A program made the translations under genes and the position numbers. Shown piece after piece: positions 39,452 through 47,052 of a stretch of DNA of 64,000 nt. The DNA comes from an uncultured Mycoplasmatota bacterium (GTDB lineage: Bacteria > Bacillota_I > Bacilli_A > RF39 > UBA660): contig CANSRH010000009.1 of the NCBI GenBank assembly GCA_947649365.1, positions 1,417 through 65,416 of the forward strand, written 5' to 3'. Under the pieces are notes generated by a model that did no database searches, was not told where the DNA came from, and saw only the letters and a program-made list of their open reading frames with translations. How positions within the stretch are numbered: position 1 is the first letter of the stretch; each line of letters starts with the position of its first letter.

Positions 39452-40057
39452 ATGAAAAAGAATACTACTGAATTAGGAAAAACTATAAGTGAAGCAAGAG
39501 AAAAATTAGGAATATCACAAAGAGAACTTGCTCGTAAATCAAATATGGATTGTGCCGAAGTTTCTCGTATTGAAGCTGGTAAAAGATTAAAACCTAATGT
39601 TTTATATTTAAAAGGAATTGCTGAAACATTAAATTTAAGTATGGTTGATTTAATGAAACTTGCTGGATATAATGATATAGAAATAAATTGGGGGCAAGAT
39701 TTCTCTGATAGAAGATCTACTGCTGACTATCAAAAACAAATAAAAAGTTATGAACAATTTTATTTTGACATTTTAGAAGAATTAGAAACAAGAAGAAAAA
39801 CTGATTTTACAATTAAAGGTGGTATTGCTGATTTAATTGATAAATTAGAACTTGCTAAAATAGAAAATAAGGAAATATCAAATGATGAAATATTAGATAG
39901 ACTAAAAGAATTAATTCCTATGATTAGACCTAATTTGGAAAAATTCGATAAATCAAAATATCCATCTTTTGATTCTGGTGTATTTCCTAAAATGGAAATA
40001 AAATCTGATGTAAAGTATCCTACTATACCAAAAGAATTAATTGATAAGAAAGATTAA
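39452..40057 (+). CDS. XRE-family HTH regulator with C-terminal extension
   Basis: LGISQRELARKSNMDCAEVSRIEAGKR. The start MKKNTTEL follows AAAGGTGG. The track ORF begins at 39407. Confidence 0.75.
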   Translation: MKKNTTELGKTISEAREKLGISQRELARKSNMDCAEVSRIEAGKRLKPNVLYLKGIAETLNLSMVDLMKLAGYNDIEINWGQDFSDRRSTADYQKQIKSYEQFYFDILEELETRRKTDFTIKGGIADLIDKLELAKIENKEISNDEILDRLKELIPMIRPNLEKFDKSKYPSFDSGVFPKMEIKSDVKYPTIPKELIDKKD

Positions 40058-40356
40058 AATTACTTTTGCTATGCAAAAGAAAAAAATAACCTTTTTGATT
40101 TATTCGTTAGACTTTAGCATTAAGGTTATTTTCATATAAAGAATACGTGGCACGTTTTGTCAGCTATGCTGATGAAAGTGGCGATAGTATTCTTTCTTTT
40201 TATTTAAACTTGATTTAAATAAAAAGGCAACAATATTACTTACGATATAGTTTGTAATATGTTGCTCATTGGGGTATCAAAAGGGGTATAATCCCTTTGC
40301 CCACTGATATTGGCTCAGCCAATATCGTAGTGGGTTACTATAATGGAATTATAGTT

Positions 40357-40400
40357 AAAAACAGAAATCCATTAGTTACGATATTTCCTTTGGATTTCTG
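40357..40400 (-). terminator. rho-independent terminator after the hydrolase gene
   Basis: 10-bp stem CAGAAATCCA/TGGATTTCTG followed by T5 on the minus strand. Confidence 0.55.
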
Positions 40401-40407
40401 AAAATTT

Positions 40408-41616
40408 TTACTCATATATTTGTTTTATTTTATTTTCTAATAATTCGGCTAATTTCTTATGGCTTTCTTTAGTTAAGTGTACACCATCTATGCCAGTTTT
40501 TAAATCTTTATTTTCTAAAAAATAACAATCATATTTTTCAGCTATGCTCTTATAAATATTATTTAAGTCTTTTGATTTCTGTGTAGCTCCTAAATATTTA
40601 TCATTTTCTTTGCAATAAATGGTATTTTCATTAACAATTGGTGGAGCAATTAATAATAATTTTGGATAGCTATTTTTTATTTGTGATTTCCTATTTAATA
40701 TTGTTTTAACAAAGTATTGTTCCAATAAAGTACCAATTTCTTGTGCTGTTTTATTATAAGCACTTTTTAATTCATTAGTTCCTAGCATTATTATGACTAA
40801 GTCAATAGGATCATGTGTATCCAAACAAGGAATTAAATATTCATAACCATTTTTTCCTTCTTTTCCTGGTCGAGTGTCATTTGAAATTAAAGTTCTACTA
40901 TTTAAGCCTTCCTCTATTATTTCAAAACCATTACCTAATAATTCTGATAGTATTTTTGTCCATCTTTCATTATTTCCATATCTTTTATGATCAGTACCAG
41001 AGATATAGCCCCAAGTATTAGAATCTCCATAACATAAAATTCTTGTTTGTCTATTAACATCATTGATAATTTTCATAACTTCAGGTAATTCCTTTATTCC
41101 TGATGATCTTCCTAAATGACCTATATTTGGAATAAAAACTTTAGTAGCATTAAATCTTTCGGCATAGTATTCAAGTTCACTTTGTGGATTCATATGATCA
41201 TTATTACTATATATTGCAAATCTTTTTTTACATAATTTAATAAAAGAATCGATTTGCTTATCATTAGGTTTAAAGTCTTCAACTATTTTTTGCAAATCAT
41301 CTCTACCACTATGATCATTTAAAAATCCAGCACAACTTATATATAATTTTATTTCTATGTTTTTATCTGAAATATATTTAGGAATAAAATGTGTTCCAAG
41401 ACTATGAGCAACTATTATGGAATTTTCATTCAATTGACCATTTTCAAAATATTTATCCATTATATTACTCCATTTTTGATAGGTTGCCTCTTGTCTAATC
41501 GGAAAATCAGGAAATATTACATTAAAACCATTCTTTTTTGCTTCATTTTCCAAAAATGGGCCAAATGATTCCTTTGTGTCTGCATTATAACTATGAATTA
41601 TAAATAAATTATTCAT
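40408..41616 (-). CDS. fusion of alpha/beta serine hydrolase (YdeN/RBBP9-like) and SGNH/GDSL hydrolase
   Basis: AHSLG nucleophile elbow in the N-terminal half. CYGDSNTWGY, GTNE and DGVHLT blocks in the C-terminal half. The start at 41616 follows GAGAGGAGA (alternative ATG at 41634). Confidence 0.75.
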   Translation of the reverse strand: MNNLFIIHSYNADTKESFGPFLENEAKKNGFNVIFPDFPIRQEATYQKWSNIMDKYFENGQLNENSIIVAHSLGTHFIPKYISDKNIEIKLYISCAGFLNDHSGRDDLQKIVEDFKPNDKQIDSFIKLCKKRFAIYSNNDHMNPQSELEYYAERFNATKVFIPNIGHLGRSSGIKELPEVMKIINDVNRQTRILCYGDSNTWGYISGTDHKRYGNNERWTKILSELLGNGFEIIEEGLNSRTLISNDTRPGKEGKNGYEYLIPCLDTHDPIDLVIIMLGTNELKSAYNKTAQEIGTLLEQYFVKTILNRKSQIKNSYPKLLLIAPPIVNENTIYCKENDKYLGATQKSKDLNNIYKSIAEKYDCYFLENKDLKTGIDGVHLTKESHKKLAELLENKIKQIYE

Positions 41617-41630
41617 ACAAAGGTCTCCTC

Positions 41631-42806
41631 TCATTTTCTTATTTTTTTCGTATCAATATCTTCATTTTCTTTAAGATTGAATATTCTCGAAAGTTCTTCT
41701 AAATGCCTTTCTCCTTTTTCAATCATACTTTTTAAAAATGGGGTTTGTTCATAAGTATATCTTTTAATTCTTAAAGCCATTTTTGATATTGTATATCTTA
41801 ATCTCATTAATTGAAACAACTCATCAAAATTATCATATATTGGAGTTTCACTAAAATATCCCTTTAAAAATGGTGTAATTCGTTTTGGATCAAAGAATGT
41901 AGACCAACAAGCTATTTCTTGAATAGGATTCCCTGCAACACATTCATCCCAATCTATAACACCAGTTATAGTATTACCATCAGTAAGTAAATTCCAATCA
42001 GCAAAATCATTATGAATTAGAACTGACATATCTAAATTAAGTAATTCATTATCATCAAATAATGTTTTCATTTTATCTGCTACTTCTTTTGTTAAAATAT
42101 TATACTTAACTAATCTTTCAAGGTTCTCCTCTAATCCTGCATTTATAGAATCTTTTAGTGATTTATGTTTCCCTACAAGCTTACCATTTTTAGCTTGTTC
42201 ATTGTCAAAAGGGCCAAATCCAGTAACTTTTATTTTGTGTAACAATGCCATAGTTTTTCCCATTTCAATAACAAGTTGTTCTTCTTTTTCAGGAGTTTTC
42301 TTTAAATAAAATTGAACAGTATCTCCATTTAACTTTTCTATAACTTGATAAGAAATATCATCTTCACTACCTAATTCATGAATACAATAGGTTTTATAAG
42401 CAGGGATCCCATTTTCTAAAGCTATATTTGAAGCTAAACTTTCAGCATAAAAATACCCATTTCTAACACCTTTTGGGTGGCACCTTATTATTACTTCTTT
42501 TCCGCTTTCTAAGATACCAACTCTTATTGAATTGACATTTCCTAAACTTGTTTGAGCATTTTCATCGAATTGTTTGATATAAGCTAATTTATCATCTTTT
42601 AGTTCTAAATTGATTTTATCTAACAATTCTTCATTAGTTATAGCTGAATGTCTATCTTTCCATATCATCGCTGCTTCTTCTGCACTTATTTTTCTATCAG
42701 TTTGCCAATAAAAGCAATCCGATCTATCGCTAATTCTTTGATTTATTTCATTTAAATTCATAGTTCTTAAATCTCCTTTCTTTTTGAACTTCTTTTGTTG
42801 ATTCAA
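41631..42806 (-). CDS. aminoglycoside/choline-kinase-type phosphotransferase (APH family)
   Basis: Brenner motif HNDFADWN and IDWDE metal-binding motif. Confidence 0.75.
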   Translation of the reverse strand: MNQQKKFKKKGDLRTMNLNEINQRISDRSDCFYWQTDRKISAEEAAMIWKDRHSAITNEELLDKINLELKDDKLAYIKQFDENAQTSLGNVNSIRVGILESGKEVIIRCHPKGVRNGYFYAESLASNIALENGIPAYKTYCIHELGSEDDISYQVIEKLNGDTVQFYLKKTPEKEEQLVIEMGKTMALLHKIKVTGFGPFDNEQAKNGKLVGKHKSLKDSINAGLEENLERLVKYNILTKEVADKMKTLFDDNELLNLDMSVLIHNDFADWNLLTDGNTITGVIDWDECVAGNPIQEIACWSTFFDPKRITPFLKGYFSETPIYDNFDELFQLMRLRYTISKMALRIKRYTYEQTPFLKSMIEKGERHLEELSRIFNLKENEDIDTKKIRK

Positions 42807-42831
42807 TTATACTACAAATTCCATTTCTTTA

Positions 42832-44118
42832 CTACAAACTCAGCTCATAATCATCTTTTTCTTTATCATCGTAAGTCTTTTTACTTGTTTTCAAATAACT
42901 AGGTATATCAGCATAATCAAACAATTCATTCTCTTTAATAGTTCCTTTAGAAATATCATAAACATCATCAGAATTAAAATCTTGATTATCATAATACTCT
43001 TTTATTTCGTTTGTAGTAGCTTCTTTTGTAGGTTCATTACCAATTTGTAGTAGTTTTCTAAAAAACCTCTTTATAACCTTTAAAATAGTATCTAGATACG
43101 ATTTTAATTTGTTGTTTTCTTGTAAAAGATTACTATTCCTAGTTTTTAATGATTTGATTTCACGTTTGTATTTTTGATTATCTTTTTCTAGTGAATTATA
43201 ACTTGTAACATAACTATCTACTTCATTAAATATCTCATTTATTTTTGGTTGTAATTCCATAATCTTTTTAGACTCTTTAATAACTTTATTCATAGTATCA
43301 AGAGTATCCTTTTCTACAACTATATGTTTCTTATCAAAAGGAATAGTTTTAGTAGTTTTCATCTGACTCTCAAACTCATTCATAACTTTATCAAGTCTAT
43401 CATTTCTAGTATTTAAATTTTGTTCTAGTTTTCTATTTATCTTTTTATAATCTTTGATTTTAATATGTTTTCTATCACTACCTTTGATTCCTCTTTCTAA
43501 ATCGTAACCTTTATCAGTTAATCGTTTATGATATTTATCTTGTAGTTCAGACAAATGTATCTTATCTCTAATGTATTGTTTTTTAGAAATAGTGTATCGT
43601 TCTGTATTAGTTCTTTTATCTAACTTTTTAACAAGAGGTACAACTACGCAATGAATATGTGGTGTCTTTTCATCTAAATGAATAACACTATGAAGAACTT
43701 GTTCTTTGGTATAACCTAAATCTTCATAAACAAACTCCATACAAGTATTAGCCCAATCAAGTATATCTTCTCTTGTCATATCTTTAAAAAATTCATTTGT
43801 TGCAGTAAATAATAACTCATCAGCAACAACATTTTTAGATTTATCTAACATTTGGTTAAAAGTTCTTTTTCTGTCATCTCGTTCTGTTTTCATTCTTTCT
43901 TTATGTTCTTTCTCATACTCTTTTACAAGCATTTTAAAACCTTTAACATATTTTTCTGCTAAAGGCACTAGTTCTATATTATCTTTGCTTAATTCTACCT
44001 TAATATCCGGATTAGAATTATAAGCTTTCTTTTCTCTTTTATTATGTGATCCAATTTGTGCTAAATCATTTAAAGTATAAATTGGTTCACTTCTAAATAT
44101 TGCATAATTTAAATTCAT
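42832..44118 (-). CDS. MobV-family relaxase (Mob_Pre / plasmid recombination enzyme)
   Basis: N-terminal NYAIFR...GSHNKREKK and HIHCVVVPLV (the HxH-type motif of MobV). Coiled-coil C-terminus. Confidence 0.85.
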   Translation of the reverse strand: MNLNYAIFRSEPIYTLNDLAQIGSHNKREKKAYNSNPDIKVELSKDNIELVPLAEKYVKGFKMLVKEYEKEHKERMKTERDDRKRTFNQMLDKSKNVVADELLFTATNEFFKDMTREDILDWANTCMEFVYEDLGYTKEQVLHSVIHLDEKTPHIHCVVVPLVKKLDKRTNTERYTISKKQYIRDKIHLSELQDKYHKRLTDKGYDLERGIKGSDRKHIKIKDYKKINRKLEQNLNTRNDRLDKVMNEFESQMKTTKTIPFDKKHIVVEKDTLDTMNKVIKESKKIMELQPKINEIFNEVDSYVTSYNSLEKDNQKYKREIKSLKTRNSNLLQENNKLKSYLDTILKVIKRFFRKLLQIGNEPTKEATTNEIKEYYDNQDFNSDDVYDISKGTIKENELFDYADIPSYLKTSKKTYDDKEKDDYELSL

Positions 44119-44147
44119 ATATCAATCCTCTCTTTCTTTTTTTAGGC

Positions 44148-44190
44148 AAAATAAAAATACTTCTGTTAAAAAGTATCTTATTTTAATTAT
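44148..44190 (+). other. oriT-like hairpin copy A (degenerate)
   Basis: AAAATAAAAATACTTCTGTTAAAAAGTATCTTATTTTAATTAT. Near-identical to 45731..45775. Immediately upstream of the relaxase gene. Confidence 0.45.
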
Positions 44191-44192
44191 CC

Positions 44193-44759
44193 TTACTCTT
44201 CCTTTGTGCTTTCCTCTGGTTCTTGCAATCCAGTCAATTGATAATATCTTTTAGTTGCTTCTTCACTATTTGCTAATGTTGCCATTGCTAAAGCATAGTT
44301 CGCATTCGTTTTTGAATCCATAGGTATTTTTGATTCAATAATTTTTCTCAATAATAAAGTTAATGGTTCTCCTATAGCTTGTTTATAATTAAATCCTATT
44401 AATTGCATTATAGTTAATGTTTCAACAGATAAAACTTTTTTTAATTGATCGAATTGTTCTTTATCCTTTTCAGGAATAAACTCTGCTATTATAGGTAATA
44501 AATTATCTGTAATATATTTAATATCTCCTTCAGTTATTTTCTGAGATACTAATTCTTGTTCATATGCTTGAGCAATTCTTTGAATTTCTGCTTTATCAGT
44601 TAATAAATCATATATAATTTCTTCAAGTTCACTAATTGTTTCTTTATACTCTTTTTTTGTTTTAGCTGTTTTAATCTTATCACTAATTATACTAGCACCA
44701 TTTCTAGCAGTTGCTTCAACTAAATTTGCAGCCAATTGTGTCATAATTTGATTATCCAT
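44193..44759 (-). CDS. hypothetical helical protein
   Basis: ORF only. Confidence 0.45.
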   Translation of the reverse strand: MDNQIMTQLAANLVEATARNGASIISDKIKTAKTKKEYKETISELEEIIYDLLTDKAEIQRIAQAYEQELVSQKITEGDIKYITDNLLPIIAEFIPEKDKEQFDQLKKVLSVETLTIMQLIGFNYKQAIGEPLTLLLRKIIESKIPMDSKTNANYALAMATLANSEEATKRYYQLTGLQEPEESTKEE

Positions 44760-44785
44760 ATCAATAATTCCTCCCAGTTTTAAAT

Positions 44786-45457
44786 TTAATTTTCTATAAA
44801 TTTCTTTAACTCATCAGAACAATAAATATTTATATACTCTAATCTTTCTTCTTCACTTAAATTATGACTATTGCTTTTAAACATATCTTTTAATTTTTTA
44901 TAATCTCCATTAATACTTTCATGACTAGCAATAATCATATCTATTTTAGATACATTTGTTAAATCAAGATATATGCCATTTATTTTGGCAAGTGATTCTA
45001 TAAATACTCTTTGACTTCTGCCATTGCCTTCTCTAAAAGGGTGCAAAGCATTAATATCTGCAAATAATTCTACTAACTTTTCTAGTGTTGTTTCATTGTC
45101 ATAATCTACAAAGTACTTTTCTTTTTTTAATTTACTAAATACATCTGTGCCAAATGATTCTATATGCTCTGTTAAACAAAATAAGTCTTGCTTAGCAATA
45201 TTACAATTTCTTATATCTCCAGCCCATCTATAAACATCTTGAAACAAATATTTATGAATATCTTTTAAGTATTTAAAGTCGAAGTTACCTTTTAAAGGGC
45301 TATCATTAAATGCTGAAACTCTAAGAGAAACCAATTCTCTTTCAGCATTAAATAAATCTTCATCATTGGTAATATTAAGTTTATTTATTAAAACATCAGT
45401 TCCTTTATAGCAATAATCTGCTGTTCGCTCATAGGTATATTTATATTTGTTATCCAT
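44786..45457 (-). CDS. Fic-family protein (toxin-type AMP transferase)
   Basis: HPFREGNGRSQR matches HxFx(D/E)GNGRxxR. Confidence 0.88.
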   Translation of the reverse strand: MDNKYKYTYERTADYCYKGTDVLINKLNITNDEDLFNAERELVSLRVSAFNDSPLKGNFDFKYLKDIHKYLFQDVYRWAGDIRNCNIAKQDLFCLTEHIESFGTDVFSKLKKEKYFVDYDNETTLEKLVELFADINALHPFREGNGRSQRVFIESLAKINGIYLDLTNVSKIDMIIASHESINGDYKKLKDMFKSNSHNLSEEERLEYINIYCSDELKKFIEN

Positions 45458-45650
45458 AAATTCTCCTATATTTCTCTAGAATTTTTTCTCGCTCTTTATC
45501 ATACGTAGACTTTCCAGTTATACAATTATAAAGTTTTTGTTTTATTTCTTTAGTTAATGGCATGCCTTCTTGAGCCATAGCACCATCAACTTTTCTTATT
45601 TTTTCTTGAATTTCTTTTTCAGTTAATTTTTTATTGTTCATTAAAATCAC
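45450..45650 (-). CDS. VbhA-like antitoxin of Fic
   Basis: Small ORF overlapping the Fic start. AMAQEG sits at the position of the (S/T)xxxE(G/N) inhibitory motif. Confidence 0.6.
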   Translation of the reverse strand: MILMNNKKLTEKEIQEKIRKVDGAMAQEGMPLTKEIKQKLYNCITGKSTYDKEREKILEKYRRIYG

Positions 45651-45730
45651 TCGCTTTCTTTAAGAACTTTGATATACTTATTATACCACAAAAGCCCTTA
45701 TAAATCATTAGTTTCACAGTATTTAATTTC

Positions 45731-45775
45731 AAATAAAAATACTTTCGTTAAAAAGTATCTTAGTGTAATTATTAT
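45731..45775 (+). other. oriT-like hairpin copy B
   Basis: AAATACTTTCGTTAAAAAGTATCTTAGTGTAATTAT. The hairpin plus AGTGT resembles the pMV158-family oriT nick region (AAAGTATAGTGTG/TTAT). Confidence 0.5.
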
Positions 45776-45839
45776 TAAATTATATAGATTGTTATTTGCT
45801 ACAACTCATGTTTATTACATTGGGTTTATCCAAACTCGG

Positions 45840-45872
45840 GTGGCCAGCATCCAAAACAACTTTTTTAGCCAT
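45840..45872 (-). CDS. 5' segment (codons 1-11) of split cwlC-like amidase
   Basis: GAGGAGGGG Shine-Dalgarno, then ATG GCT AAA AAA GTT GTT TTG GAT GCT GGC CAC = MAKKVVLDAGH, which is the start of the Amidase_3 D.GHGG motif. After the junction it runs 15 unrelated codons to a stop. Confidence 0.75.
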
Positions 45873-45892
45873 ATTTTTCCCCTCCTCGTTAA

Positions 45893-45919
45893 TAGTTTAT
45901 GACACAAAAAAGATATGGT
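45893..45919 (-). promoter_or_regulatory. sigma-K-like promoter (AC-16-CATAAACTA)
   Basis: Minus strand reads AC, 16 nt, then CATAAACTA, matching AC-N16/17-CATAnnnTA. It lies about 20 nt upstream of the amidase Shine-Dalgarno. Confidence 0.4.
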
Positions 45920-45940
45920 TACTTATCACCATATCATTAA

Positions 45941-47050
45941 TTAACTCGCCGCTTTAGACAAATGAATTTCAGTAGTTTTCAACTCTTCACCACGATAATA
46001 ACTAATTACTACTGTATCTCCAACATTATGTTTATACAATTGATATTTAAGATAAGCAAGACTCTTAATCTCTGCATCACCAAGTTTCGTAATGATATCA
46101 CCACTCTTTAACCCAGCTTCCTCTGCAGGACTTCCCTTCTCCACACTATCTACATAAACACCATTAGAAACAGGTGCATCCACACGAATAATCAAATCAG
46201 ACAAATTATACATCGAAACTCCCAAATAAGGTCGTTTTATAGTTTCACCTTTTTCAAAACGTTCTGCATATTCTAAAGCATCCTCAATAGGAATTGCAAA
46301 CCCCATTCCTTCAATCGAACTTCCAGATAAACCACTACTTCCAAGCTTCATAGAAGTAATACCAATCACCTGTCCATTCGAATTCGAAAGAGGTCCTCCA
46401 CTATTTCCCGAATTAATAGCTGCATCCGTCTGCATAACACTCATCACCCAATCAGAAACAGAATTTCCAGTCAAACTTACTTCAACCATTCTATCCTTTC
46501 CTGACAGAATTCCACGAGTCACAGTCCAAGAATAAGCACTACTATCAATCGGAGCACCAACAGCAAAAACGGTATCTCCAATTCTTGAATCTTTGCTAGA
46601 GCCAATTTCAGCAACATGAATCACTTTATCGCTAGAAACGGTTAAAACTGCAATATCTGCATATTTATCCCCGCCAAGAATACTTGCCTCAACAGAACTT
46701 CCATTAGTAAACACCACGCGAACACTATCGCCACTTTCAATAACATGATTATTTGTAAGAACATAACCTTTTCCATTTTCATTCTTATAAACAAAACCAG
46801 TCCCCGTCGCATAGAGTTTCTCTTTTTTATAAGTTTCAATCGTAACAACAGAATCATAAACTTTTTCAACTGCATCCGCTATCCCATTTTCTGTCACTGT
46901 TACATCCTTAATCGTTTTTGTCACATTCTCTGTCACTGTCATAGGATAATACTTAACCAAAGCAAGCATTAAAAGAGCTCCCAAGAAAAAAGCAACTAAC
47001 AAAATCACACCATTTCTTAACTTCAAATTCATATCATTCTCTTTTTGCAT
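45941..47050 (-). CDS. HtrA/DegP-family serine protease with PDZ domain
   Basis: TM anchor, GTGFVY...TNNHV, GNSGGPL catalytic Ser and a C-terminal PDZ. Confidence 0.9.
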   Translation of the reverse strand: MQKENDMNLKLRNGVILLVAFFLGALLMLALVKYYPMTVTENVTKTIKDVTVTENGIADAVEKVYDSVVTIETYKKEKLYATGTGFVYKNENGKGYVLTNNHVIESGDSVRVVFTNGSSVEASILGGDKYADIAVLTVSSDKVIHVAEIGSSKDSRIGDTVFAVGAPIDSSAYSWTVTRGILSGKDRMVEVSLTGNSVSDWVMSVMQTDAAINSGNSGGPLSNSNGQVIGITSMKLGSSGLSGSSIEGMGFAIPIEDALEYAERFEKGETIKRPYLGVSMYNLSDLIIRVDAPVSNGVYVDSVEKGSPAEEAGLKSGDIITKLGDAEIKSLAYLKYQLYKHNVGDTVVISYYRGEELKTTEIHLSKAAS

Positions 47051-47052
47051 CT

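Larger units (their letters stand above)
36415..45844 (-). mobile_element. 9.4-kb serine-recombinase integrative mobilizable element 2 (inside the amidase gene)
   Basis: Separates amidase codons 1-11 (MAKKVVLDAGH) from GGNDPG.... Shared TGGC at 36415..36418 and 45841..45844. Carries a serine recombinase, a MobV relaxase and oriT-like hairpins. Confidence 0.75.

Noticed and set aside
45669-45902. A 77-aa plus-strand ORF lies at the right end of element 2.
   Set aside because: It spans the oriT-like hairpin, the element-chromosome junction and the antisense of the amidase 5' fragment and its Shine-Dalgarno. It has no motif and no Shine-Dalgarno, so it is likely non-coding.
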